NCBI GenBank assembly: GCA_964558935.1
Contig: CAZLFP010000003.1
Coordinates: 39,684 to 103,683 of the forward strand
DNA: 64,000 bases
From: an uncultured Gammaproteobacteria bacterium
GTDB taxonomy: Bacteria > Patescibacteriota > Patescibacteriia > 2-01-FULL-39-33
Direction: 5' to 3'
A program made the position numbers and the translations under genes. This document shows positions 8,892-19,195 of this stretch, piece after piece. Under the pieces are notes generated by a model. It was not told the origin of the DNA and ran no database searches. It saw nothing but the letters and a program-made list of their open reading frames with translations. Position 1 is the stretch's first letter; each line of letters opens with the position of its first letter.

Positions 8892-9314
8892 ATGAAGCAA
8901 AAAGGTTTTACTTTAATTGAGTTGTTGGTGGTTATTGCCATTATTGGTCTGTTGTCTTCTTTGGCGGTTGTCTCTTTAGGCGGTGCCAGAAATAAGGCCT
9001 ATGATGCCCAGATTAAGAGTGATTTGGGACAGGTTAGGACTTTAGCTGAGGTTCATTATGTCGGAGCAGGTTCATATGCTGGTTTTTCTAACATCCAAGG
9101 CTTAACTCCTCCGGCTTGCTCAACAGGCGGTGATTATACACCATCTATCAGTAGTAACGGTGTTGAATATAGATCACATGCTCCGTTATGTGGTGAATCT
9201 GGTAAATATTTTTGTGTAGACTCTTCAGGTAATGCTTGTCAAACAGATGGGGCATCTGCAGATGAAGATTTAGAAGATGAAGACACATCTACCGCTCCTT
9301 GTGTCTGTGAATAG
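8892..9314 (+). CDS. pilA: Type IV (major) pilin
   Basis: Class III signal MKQKG^FTLIELLVVIAIIGLL with G at -1 and E at +5. C-terminal Cys pair (APCVCE) and an acidic tail. It has its own promoter region and a strong terminator. Confidence 0.88.
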   Translation: MKQKGFTLIELLVVIAIIGLLSSLAVVSLGGARNKAYDAQIKSDLGQVRTLAEVHYVGAGSYAGFSNIQGLTPPACSTGGDYTPSISSNGVEYRSHAPLCGESGKYFCVDSSGNACQTDGASADEDLEDEDTSTAPCVCE

Positions 9315-9328
9315 TTTTTTTCATCAAA

Positions 9329-9355
9329 TCCCCCTTAATCGGGGGATTTTTTTAT
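9329..9355 (+). terminator. Rho-independent terminator after the major pilin
   Basis: Hairpin ATCCCCC-TTAATC-GGGGGAT followed by a T7 run. Confidence 0.8.
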
Positions 9356-9371
9356 GCTATAATATCTGTAT

Positions 9372-9791
9372 ATGACCCAAAGGACCAAGTTTAAATTAGT
9401 GATCTACCTTATTTTACTCATCATTGGCATTAGCTTGGTGACTTGGTTATGGTTGCATAACCTGGCGGTTCAAAGAGATTATGAGAGAATCTCAGATATG
9501 CGCAACCTGCAAAGCAGATGGCTAAGCTATTTTGCCAAATATAATACTTTTGAGATCTCTCATTGCCAAGCTGGGCGCTTAATATCCAGTTGTGGTGGCG
9601 GCAATGGCCAAGTGTTAGACACAACCGGTTTAGTCGATCCCTTAAACCAAGATCAGTACAGGTATGTGGTGGAAGCTGTGACTCAAGATGATTTTAGCGT
9701 CAGTTTTTATTTGGAAACACAAATTGGTAATTTATTGCCGGGTCAATATCTGTTGGATTCACAGGGAATTTCCATTCCAACTCAATCTTAA
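9372..9791 (+). CDS. Hypothetical N-terminally anchored membrane protein between the pilin gene and pilD
   Basis: 139 aa with an N-terminal TM (KLVIYLILLIIGISLVTWLWL) and a Cys pair (SHCQAGRLISSCGGG). No prepilin G/E motif. Confidence 0.45.
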   Translation: MTQRTKFKLVIYLILLIIGISLVTWLWLHNLAVQRDYERISDMRNLQSRWLSYFAKYNTFEISHCQAGRLISSCGGGNGQVLDTTGLVDPLNQDQYRYVVEAVTQDDFSVSFYLETQIGNLLPGQYLLDSQGISIPTQS

Positions 9792-9794
9792 ATT

Positions 9795-10577
9795 ATGCTT
9801 CTAATTGTCTTAACTTTTATCTTTGGACTGCTGGTGGGCAGTTTTTTAAATGTGGTGATACTGCGCCTCAAATCTCAAGAGGATATCATGTTGGCCAGGT
9901 CTCATTGTCCCAAGTGCCGAACGACTTTACAGGTGTGGGATTTACTGCCGGTTATAAGTTTTGTGTTGCTCAGAGGCCGCTGTCGTTACTGCCAGACTCG
10001 GATTGCTTGGCAGTATCCACTTATTGAACTGGCCACTGCCAGTTTGATGGCCGGCACCACTTATGTGGTGACTCAAGGTCAAGGTTTAAGCTCTTTGACG
10101 GACAGTTATGCAGTCATTGCCTGGCTGAGAGATTTGTATATTGTCGGACTTTTGATTGTCATCTTTGTGTATGATCTAAAATATTATTTAATTTTAGATA
10201 AAGTCACTTTACCGGCTATAGTTATTCTTTTAATCATTAATTGGTATTTAGGCTGGCCGGTTTTAGACATGCTGTTGGCGGCCGGTTTGGGTGGCGGTTT
10301 TTTTGGTCTGCAGTTTGTACTTTCAAAAGGCCAATGGATTGGAGGAGGGGATTTGCGTTTGGGGGTGTTAATGGGGATTATCTTAAGTTGGCCCAATATT
10401 CTGGTCGGTTTGTTTTTAGCTTATATCATCGGGGCGGTGATTTCCCTGTTGCTGGTGGCTGTTAAAAGAAAAACTGCCAAGTCAGCCGTACCTTTTGGCA
10501 CTTTCTTAACCATTGGCACATATCTGAGTATGTTGTTTGGCAGTCAGATTGTGACTTGGTACCTAAATATGTTATAA
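9795..10577 (+). CDS. pilD: Prepilin peptidase (A24 family) PilD
   Basis: N-terminal tetracysteine zinc motif (CPKC...CRYC) and a multi-TM body with the conserved Asp-containing loops of the A24 family. It is the only prepilin peptidase in the window. Confidence 0.9.
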   Translation: MLLIVLTFIFGLLVGSFLNVVILRLKSQEDIMLARSHCPKCRTTLQVWDLLPVISFVLLRGRCRYCQTRIAWQYPLIELATASLMAGTTYVVTQGQGLSSLTDSYAVIAWLRDLYIVGLLIVIFVYDLKYYLILDKVTLPAIVILLIINWYLGWPVLDMLLAAGLGGGFFGLQFVLSKGQWIGGGDLRLGVLMGIILSWPNILVGLFLAYIIGAVISLLLVAVKRKTAKSAVPFGTFLTIGTYLSMLFGSQIVTWYLNML

Positions 10578-10584
10578 TATAGGT

Positions 10585-11112
10585 ATGTTAATGTCTGAGA
10601 AGGGCTTTACTTTTATTGAAATCCTCTTGGTCGTGGCGATTGCGGCCGTGTTTTCTGGTATGGCAATTCTTAATTTCAGAGTCAATGATGCTAACCGCGA
10701 CTTAAATAACCAAGCTCTCATTATTGTCAGTAAGCTTAAAGATATGCAGAATGCGGCTTTAACCGGAACCGTTGCCGGCTCAGGGGTTCAGAGTGAGTAT
10801 CGGGTTAGTTTTGAAGATAACGATGGTAGTCGAGATAGTTTGGTAGTGGGAACAATTGCAGGTTTCAAAGAAACCAAATTGGATTCGAATATAGATATCA
10901 ACTATTATGATGCAGATTATAATCAAGTTTCTATGAGGCTAATGACCATTGCATTTAAACCGCCGAGAGCTGATGTATTCATGAGATTTGGTGGCAATAG
11001 TTATACCCAAAACAGTCTAATCATTGGCCTTAGTCATTCCAACACATCTCAGCAGCGCTTTGTGGAGGTTAATCGTATCTCTGGACGCATCGATATTCGT
11101 AATGAACGTTAA
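10585..11112 (+). CDS. Minor pilin / pseudopilin
   Basis: Prepilin signal MSEKG^FTFIEILLVVAIAAV (E at +5). Confidence 0.72.
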   Translation: MLMSEKGFTFIEILLVVAIAAVFSGMAILNFRVNDANRDLNNQALIIVSKLKDMQNAALTGTVAGSGVQSEYRVSFEDNDGSRDSLVVGTIAGFKETKLDSNIDINYYDADYNQVSMRLMTIAFKPPRADVFMRFGGNSYTQNSLIIGLSHSNTSQQRFVEVNRISGRIDIRNER

Positions 11113-11122
11113 GTGATTTATC

Positions 11123-11809
11123 ATGTCTGACATGCAAAAAATGTCTAATCAATCTGGTTTCACCCTCTTGGAACTGTTAGTTGCTCTAACCATTATTACG
11201 GTCGGCCTGTTTGCGGTTTGGAGTTTGTTTTTAGCTAACTATAACTCAGAAAAAGAAGCGCGTAGTCGAGTGATTGCCGTTAATCTGGCTCGGGAAGGTA
11301 TTGAAGTGGTCAGGAATATCCGAGATTCTAATTGGATGAAGATTAATGAAAATGTGTATCAAAATGTTTCGACACCCTACCAATGGTACGATGGATTGCT
11401 GGCAGCAGGAGATGCTACTTCTGTCATTCGCGATCTTGACGGAGAAGCTTATTTGTATTTTGATGCCGTTCACATAGATGATCCATCGTCAGATTTAAAG
11501 TTAAATGACGACGGTTTTTATGTTAACCAAGCTGACGCTTCAGGCGGAAAAAATACTCCCTATCGTCGCATTATTATGACTAAAAGTATTTGCTGTGATG
11601 ACGTGAATATTGTTGATAATCAGTGTGATAAGGATGCTCAAGGTCGGTTTAAACCGTTTACAGGATCCAATGTCGGTGGAGTTTTCCCGCTCTGTAACCC
11701 AGATAACCAGCTGACAATTGGGATTGATGTGAGTGTTGCCATTCGCTGGCAAATAGACGGACAGGATAGGAATCTGGTCGTTAAAGATCAACTTTTTAAT
11801 TGGCGTTAA
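11123..11809 (+). CDS. Minor pilin / pseudopilin
   Basis: Prepilin signal NQSG^FTLLELLVALTII. Confidence 0.72.
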   Translation: MSDMQKMSNQSGFTLLELLVALTIITVGLFAVWSLFLANYNSEKEARSRVIAVNLAREGIEVVRNIRDSNWMKINENVYQNVSTPYQWYDGLLAAGDATSVIRDLDGEAYLYFDAVHIDDPSSDLKLNDDGFYVNQADASGGKNTPYRRIIMTKSICCDDVNIVDNQCDKDAQGRFKPFTGSNVGGVFPLCNPDNQLTIGIDVSVAIRWQIDGQDRNLVVKDQLFNWR

Positions 11810-12366
11810 TTATGTTTAACCAAAGATCACAATCCGGCTTTACTCTAATAGAAATCATTTTATCCATTGGTGTTTTTGCTGTTTTGTCAATCATTATTTC
11901 AGGCATTTATTTAAACACCAGCAATCTGCAAAGAACCACCGCTAATTTTCAATTACTGCAGAACGATGGCCGGTATATTTTGGACAAGATCGCCAAAGAA
12001 TTTAGAGCCAGGGAATTGGATTATACCCAAATTGATGAAAGTATAAACACGGCAATTTATTTTAAACCTGACCAAACCGGCAAAGAGGTGTCTTTAATAT
12101 ATGATGAAGATACTCAAGATTTAATGTATTGGGAAGACAGCTTGTCTGCACCCTTAAACGCGGGTAACGTGGAAGTGATCAACTTGAAGTTTTTGGTCTA
12201 TCCAGCTGAATATGACCCCACTATTTTTGATAATGACTACACTCCCATTTTAAACCAACCCAGACTAACCATCTTGCTCAGTTTAAGAAATCGGGATTTA
12301 GATCCCAGATACCAGCAAGAACTAACCTTGCAAACCACCATCTCAAGTAAAGTTTACCTAAGATAA
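11800..12366 (+). CDS. Minor pilin / pseudopilin
   Basis: Prepilin signal RSQSG^FTLIEIILSIGVFA. Overlaps the previous gene by 10 nt. Confidence 0.7.
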   Translation: MALIMFNQRSQSGFTLIEIILSIGVFAVLSIIISGIYLNTSNLQRTTANFQLLQNDGRYILDKIAKEFRARELDYTQIDESINTAIYFKPDQTGKEVSLIYDEDTQDLMYWEDSLSAPLNAGNVEVINLKFLVYPAEYDPTIFDNDYTPILNQPRLTILLSLRNRDLDPRYQQELTLQTTISSKVYLR

Positions 12367-12369
12367 CCT

Positions 12370-13200
12370 ATGCGTAACCAACAAGGAGTCATTCTGCTGA
12401 TCGCTCTCATCATTATGTCAATTCTGCTATCCACTGCGGTGGCTTTTGGCATTATTATCATGTCTTCTCTCAGACAGGCCAAGGCGACAGATGATGCTGT
12501 GGTGGCGTATTATGCGGCTGATGCCGGGTTGGAAAGAAGCTTGTTTCATCTGAGAAAGAATGATGTGATAAACTTTGTCGGCAGTGATGAAACTGAAGTC
12601 AATTCTCTAAAAGAATATTATAGCGATTATGACGGATTGGAAGTTGAGCTTGGCACTAACCAGGCCAGTTGGAATATTTTAAACTCGTCAGATACTAGAA
12701 GTGCCATTTACCGTCAAAGATTGTTTAACGGCCAGAGTCTTAAGGTGTATCTGTTAAAATTAGATGATTACGTTGGTGGTGAGAATGAGCCCAATAATGT
12801 TTGGATAGATTGGAATCCAATAGATAATCCAGCGGTTAGAATTCAGGTGACTTTAACCAGTTTGACCTATCCGTTTGATATTGAATATAGTCAGGTCTTT
12901 TTTACACCCGGAGAAGAATATATAGAGCTACCGGATTTAGGCAATGATTATGTGTTAGAAATTAAAGTCTTGGGCAATTCAGAAGATGATTTTCTGGATG
13001 AGTTGGAAGTTATGGTGCAGAATGATGCTACTGATTTTTTACAGGGAGAAAATGCTAAATTGTATGTTACCACTTTGCATTCTGAGGGCAATTACCGTGG
13101 GTCCAGGCAGGTTATTCAAGCGGAGATCCCACCTTTTGATCCGGTATCCGGAGTCTTAGGTTTTGTTCTATTCTCAGATCAAGATATTATTAAGCAATAA
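12370..13200 (+). CDS. PilX-like minor pilin (large, non-canonical N-terminus)
   Basis: N-terminus MRNQQGVILLIALIIMSILLSTAVAF resembles a PilX/PilK-type hydrophobic helix without E at +5. Last gene of the minor pilin set. Confidence 0.5.
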   Translation: MRNQQGVILLIALIIMSILLSTAVAFGIIIMSSLRQAKATDDAVVAYYAADAGLERSLFHLRKNDVINFVGSDETEVNSLKEYYSDYDGLEVELGTNQASWNILNSSDTRSAIYRQRLFNGQSLKVYLLKLDDYVGGENEPNNVWIDWNPIDNPAVRIQVTLTSLTYPFDIEYSQVFFTPGEEYIELPDLGNDYVLEIKVLGNSEDDFLDELEVMVQNDATDFLQGENAKLYVTTLHSEGNYRGSRQVIQAEIPPFDPVSGVLGFVLFSDQDIIKQ

Positions 13201-15189
<1,989 letters not shown>

Positions 15190-15532
15190 AAAAACCACTG
15201 AAGCGATTCAGTGGCAGTATCAAGGCAAGCACTGCGTGTCATAATGCCGAGTTAGCCGGAGGCAGGCTCACTTAAGAGTGAGCTTGGTTGCCGGTTAGGT
15301 AGCTATGGGGGTAGAAGTGGTCTATCGGCTGACCAGCATTACTTGGCACCCAGTCATCACCGGGTCAAACACCGCAGCTGTTTGCCATCGCAAACAGGCT
15401 CAACCGAGCATTAATACTTACCTTGACTTAACAACCATAACACAGGCGTGTTCTGGGGTCAAGCTAACCCCTTGCCATTTTGAGGTCAACCATGCTAAAA
15501 TAGGCCATAGATTGCTGAAACCAACATTTACT
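15190..15532 (+). ncRNA. Candidate structured non-coding RNA or leader of unknown class. Strand uncertain.
   Basis: A 343-nt non-coding gap with several perfect hairpins: 15198-15216, a nested extended helix at 15250-15300, an 8-bp stem at 15378-15397 and GGGGT-N7-ACCCC at 15455-15471. The track ORF 15305..15826 is an artefactual upstream extension of gatC. Confidence 0.3.
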
Positions 15533-15826
15533 ATGCAGTTAACCCAAGAACAAGTTGAGCACATAGCTCAGCTAGCCAGATTAAACTTAACTGACCAAGA
15601 AAAGATTACTTACCAACAAGAGTTATCTTCCATTTTGGATTATGTGGATAAATTGCAGGCTGTTGATACAACCAATGTTCAAGAGACTTCACAAGTGACC
15701 GGTTTACAGAATGTAACCAGATCTGATACAGTGATTGACCAAGGATTGAACGAACAACTGTTGGAACAAGCGCCTCAGGCCAAGCATGGCTATTATGTTA
15801 TCCCTAAGATTTTTGACAACAAGTAA
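15533..15826 (+). CDS. gatC: Glu-tRNA(Gln)/Asp-tRNA(Asn) amidotransferase subunit C
   Basis: 97 aa starting MQLTQEQVEHIAQLARLNLTDQEK, the typical GatC N-terminus, immediately upstream of gatA. The track ORF start at 15305 is rejected. Confidence 0.85.
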   Translation: MQLTQEQVEHIAQLARLNLTDQEKITYQQELSSILDYVDKLQAVDTTNVQETSQVTGLQNVTRSDTVIDQGLNEQLLEQAPQAKHGYYVIPKIFDNK

Positions 15827-15828
15827 AC

Positions 15829-17292
15829 ATGGATTTACACCAATTATCTGTCCTTCAAGCTTTTGAAGGCTTAAGAGATAAACAATTTACCGCTCAGGAC
15901 TTAACCCAAGCCAGTTTAGATCAAATTGCCCGTTTGGATGAGCAAGTCAAAGCCTATATCACCGTCACTTCAGATTTGGCTTTGCAGACGGCCAAAGAAG
16001 TGGACGCAAAAATTGCTGCCGGGGATGAATTGCCTCCCTTGGCCGGTATTCCGGTTGGCATTAAAGATGTTTTTTGCACACAAGGTGTGACCAGTACAGC
16101 CGGTTCTAAGATTTTGGAACATTACGTACCGGCTCAAAATGCTACCGCTGTGGCTAAATTGGTGGCTAACCAGGCAGTGATGGTGGGTAAAACAAATATG
16201 GATGAATTTGCCATGGGTGGTTCGACTGAGAATTCCGGTTTTTTTCCAACCAAGAATCCGTGGGATTTGGACCGGGTACCGGGCGGCAGTTCGGGTGGTA
16301 GTGCAGCAGCTGTGGCGGCTTGCATGTGTCAGTATGCTTTGGGCACAGACACCGGTGGTTCTATTCGTCAGCCGGCTGCTTTTTGCGGTATTGCTGGATT
16401 GAAAGTTTCCTATGGTCGAGTTTCCAGGAGTAATGTGATGGCAATGGCTTCTTCCCTGGATACCATTGGACCCATGGCCAGGCGAGTGGAAGATCTGGCC
16501 GTGGTTTTGTCTCAAATTGCGGGTTTGGATCCTCAAGATGCGACCACCCCTGATGTGGCTGTACCGGATTATACTCAGTTTTTAAATCAAGATATTACCG
16601 GTCTGAAAATCGGTCTGCCCAAGGAGTATTTTATTGAAGGTATGGATCCGGAAGTCAGACAGGTTGTTTTGGACGCTGCCAAACAACTGGAAGCCATGGG
16701 AGCTCAAGTTGTGGACATTTCTCTACCGCACACTGATTTGGCTGTTGCCGTGTATTATATCCTGGTACCGTCAGAAGTTAGTTCCAATTTGGCCAGATAT
16801 GATGGTATACGATATGGTTTGTCAGACAGAGAGAGTGGCAATTTGGCAGATATTTATCTCAAGAATCGTTCCTTAGGCTTGGGCAAGGAAGTTAAAAGAC
16901 GGATTATGATCGGCAGTTATGCTTTGTCGGCCGGCTACTATGATGCCTATTACAAAAAAGCCATGCAAGTCAGAACTCTGGTTAAACAAGATTTTGACCG
17001 AGCGTTTGAACAAGTGGATGCCATTTTAACACCGGTGGCTCCCACCCCGGCCTTTAAATTGGGTGAGAACATCAATGATCCACTGAAGATGTATCTGGCC
17101 GATGTCTTTACCATTCCTGCTTCTTTGGCCGGTATCTGTGGTTTGTCTTTACCGGCTGGCCGAGTTAATAATCTACCGGTCGGTATTCAGTTGCTGGGCA
17201 AGAGAATGGATGAAGCCATGGTATTGAGAATTGGCCATCAGTATGAGCAAGCCACAGACTGGCATCTTAAACAACCAGATTTAATTCAATAA
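15829..17292 (+). CDS. gatA: Glu-tRNA(Gln)/Asp-tRNA(Asn) amidotransferase subunit A (amidase signature family)
   Basis: Amidase signature GGSSGGSAAAVAA, a Ser-cisSer-Lys catalytic context, 487 aa, located after gatC. Confidence 0.95.
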   Translation: MDLHQLSVLQAFEGLRDKQFTAQDLTQASLDQIARLDEQVKAYITVTSDLALQTAKEVDAKIAAGDELPPLAGIPVGIKDVFCTQGVTSTAGSKILEHYVPAQNATAVAKLVANQAVMVGKTNMDEFAMGGSTENSGFFPTKNPWDLDRVPGGSSGGSAAAVAACMCQYALGTDTGGSIRQPAAFCGIAGLKVSYGRVSRSNVMAMASSLDTIGPMARRVEDLAVVLSQIAGLDPQDATTPDVAVPDYTQFLNQDITGLKIGLPKEYFIEGMDPEVRQVVLDAAKQLEAMGAQVVDISLPHTDLAVAVYYILVPSEVSSNLARYDGIRYGLSDRESGNLADIYLKNRSLGLGKEVKRRIMIGSYALSAGYYDAYYKKAMQVRTLVKQDFDRAFEQVDAILTPVAPTPAFKLGENINDPLKMYLADVFTIPASLAGICGLSLPAGRVNNLPVGIQLLGKRMDEAMVLRIGHQYEQATDWHLKQPDLIQ

Positions 17293-17305
17293 TTATTCAT
17301 AACCT

Positions 17306-17932
17306 GTGACTATGGAAGAAGACAAACAAGTTAGTCGTAACCAATTTTGGACCGGTTTCCTGGGGGGAGTGGCCATTGTCTCTGTAATTGGTTTAGTTAT
17401 TCTAGGCGTAGCCTATGTGAGTAAAGATAATAACAATTCAGGCGAGGTGGCCGGTGAACAAGCGGCTCCTGAAGCTCCTGCTCAAAACCAAGCTGCCGGC
17501 CAGATGGAATTGCCCCAAGGTTTAAAATGGGCAGCAGGCGAGGGTATTTCCACATTTTTGGAATTGGAAGCAGCTGAGATTTGCCAACAAGATGGTGTGC
17601 CAATGGTTTTCCTATTTACCACCACCTGGTGTCCGCATTGTTCTTGGGTCAAAGATACTTTTGACACTACCATGCGCGAGTTAGAATCTCAGGGTAAGGT
17701 TAAAGCTTTCCATTATGAAGTGGATACCGGAGACGACACCATTACCGAAGCAGTGGAAAGTGAAGTGCCAGCCGATCATTTGGCGATTTTCAGTCAATTT
17801 AATCCCGAAGGTTCCATTCCAACCTTTGTGTTTGGTTGTAAGTACTTTCGAATTGGCAATGGGCATGAGAGACAAGATGATCTAGCGGCTGAGGCTAAAG
17901 AATTTGAAAGCTTAGTCGATTTAATGCAATAG
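17306..17932 (+). CDS. Membrane-anchored thioredoxin-like protein
   Basis: N-terminal TM, a thioredoxin-fold active site WCPHC and an acidic linker. Confidence 0.65.
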   Translation: MTMEEDKQVSRNQFWTGFLGGVAIVSVIGLVILGVAYVSKDNNNSGEVAGEQAAPEAPAQNQAAGQMELPQGLKWAAGEGISTFLELEAAEICQQDGVPMVFLFTTTWCPHCSWVKDTFDTTMRELESQGKVKAFHYEVDTGDDTITEAVESEVPADHLAIFSQFNPEGSIPTFVFGCKYFRIGNGHERQDDLAAEAKEFESLVDLMQ

Positions 17933-17943
17933 CGTATCAGATT

Positions 17944-17972
17944 AAAGGCGGCTGTTGAGCCGCCTTTTTTGT
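17944..17972 (+). terminator. Rho-independent terminator
   Basis: AAAGGCGGC-TGTTGA-GCCGCCTTT hairpin followed by a T-run. Confidence 0.8.
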
Positions 17973-17973
17973 C

Positions 17974-18002
17974 TGGACAAAAAGCTCCATTTGTGGTAAA
18001 AT
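17974..18002 (+). promoter_or_regulatory. Sigma70-like promoter for tRNA-Ser (TGGACA-N17-TAAAAT with an upstream TG)
   Basis: -35 TGGACA at 17974-17979 and -10 TAAAAT at 17997-18002, 14 nt upstream of the tRNA 5' end. Confidence 0.45.
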
Positions 18003-18015
18003 CCAACTGTTGTCC

Positions 18016-18105
18016 GGAGAGGTGGCCGAGTGGTTGAAGGCGCACGCTTGGAAAGCGTGTATACGTGTTAATAGCGTATCAAGGGTTCGAATCCCTTTCT
18101 CTCCG
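18016..18105 (+). tRNA. tRNA-Ser (anticodon GGA), long variable arm
   Basis: GGAGAGG acceptor stem, D-arm GCCGAGTGGTTGAAGGC, anticodon loop TTGGAAA, a long variable arm, T-arm AAGGGTTCGAATCCCTT and a 3' acceptor strand TCTCTCC. CCA is not encoded. Confidence 0.9.
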
Positions 18106-18164
18106 CATTTGGCTTTTGTGCATTATGTGCTAAAATACTAGCAGTTAAATCATAACCAGATTTT

Positions 18165-18749
18165 ATGCGTCAAACTTTAGACAATTTAACCAAAGCTTTC
18201 ATTGGCGAATCTCAAGCCAGAAACCGCTACGATTTCTACGCTAAGGTGGCCAGTAAAGAAGGTTACGAAAAAGTAAGTCAAATCTTTGCTCTGACAGCCG
18301 CTCAAGAAAAAGAGCATGCCAAAAGATTGTTTGAACATATTCAGGAAGTCAAGGAGAAATTAAATGAAACCGGCTCAGAAATCGTAGTCGAGGCCCAGTC
18401 GCCCAATGTCTATGGTACGACTGTAGAGAACCTTAAAGCTGCCATGGCCGGAGAAAAATATGAATACACCCAGATGTATCCAGAATTTGCCCAAACTGCT
18501 CAGGAAGAAGGTTTGAACAAGATCGCTGACAGAATGCTGGCCATTGCCAAAGCGGAAGAGCATCATGAAGAAAGATACCAAAAACTGTTAGCACATATTG
18601 AGGCCGGTACCATGTTCAAGCGTAACCAAGAGGTTTGGTGGGTGTGTTTGGAATGCGGTTATATTCATTTGGGCTTGGAAGCGCCGGAGAAATGTCCGTC
18701 TTGCGATCATGACCGAGCTTTCTACGAATTCAAATGTGAAGACTATTAA
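18165..18749 (+). CDS. rbr: Rubrerythrin
   Basis: Ferritin-like diiron domain with E...EKEH and EEHHEERY motifs, plus a C-terminal rubredoxin-like CLECG...CPSCD motif. Confidence 0.9.
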   Translation: MRQTLDNLTKAFIGESQARNRYDFYAKVASKEGYEKVSQIFALTAAQEKEHAKRLFEHIQEVKEKLNETGSEIVVEAQSPNVYGTTVENLKAAMAGEKYEYTQMYPEFAQTAQEEGLNKIADRMLAIAKAEEHHEERYQKLLAHIEAGTMFKRNQEVWWVCLECGYIHLGLEAPEKCPSCDHDRAFYEFKCEDY

Positions 18750-18803
18750 TTCTCAAGCGGCAGGTTTCTGTCGCTTTTGCTCATAAGACATAACTATATT
18801 CGT

Positions 18804-19190
18804 ATGACTAAACTACACGAAGTGTATAAATGTGAAGTGTGTGGCAATATTGTAGAAATGCTTCACACCGGTGTTGGCCAGTTAATTTGCTGTGGCCAAC
18901 CCATGCAGCTGCAAGCGGAGAACACAGTGGATGCAGCGACAGAAAAACATGTGCCTGTAGCTACCCAAACAGAACAAGGAGTTAAGGTGGTTGTTGGTTC
19001 AGAATTGCATCCCATGGAAAACGATCATTACATAGAATGGATCGAAGTCATTACCGGAGCTGGCAGTTTAAAACACTTTTTAAAACCAGGAGATAATCCG
19101 GAAGTGGAGATTAAACTCCAGGGAGAGATTGAGTCAGTCAGAGAATATTGCAATCTGCATGGATTGTGGAAGACAGATCAAATAAAATAA
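18804..19190 (+). CDS. dfx: Desulfoferrodoxin-type superoxide reductase
   Basis: N-terminal desulforedoxin motif CEVCGN...CCG followed by an SOR domain with His ligands and HPMENDHYIEW. Start chosen at the ATG at 18804, because the track ORF begins in the upstream spacer. Confidence 0.85.
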   Translation: MTKLHEVYKCEVCGNIVEMLHTGVGQLICCGQPMQLQAENTVDAATEKHVPVATQTEQGVKVVVGSELHPMENDHYIEWIEVITGAGSLKHFLKPGDNPEVEIKLQGEIESVREYCNLHGLWKTDQIK

Positions 19191-19195
19191 GGTAG

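Noticed and set aside
15305-15532. N-terminal 76 codons of track ORF 15305..15826
   Set aside because: No protein-like composition or motif. GatC begins with the conserved MQLTQEQVEHIAQLARL at 15533. The upstream part is open only by chance and overlaps a hairpin-rich non-coding region.
15190-15532. tmRNA or RNase P RNA identity for the structured gap
   Set aside because: The GGGGT-CAAGCTA-ACCCC hairpin lacks a canonical T-loop (UUCRANY), and no tag-peptide reading frame ending in Ala-Ala-stop was found. The universal RNase P P4 sequences (GGAAAGUCCGG, ACAGAACCCGGCUUA) are absent on either strand by eye. The class is left open.
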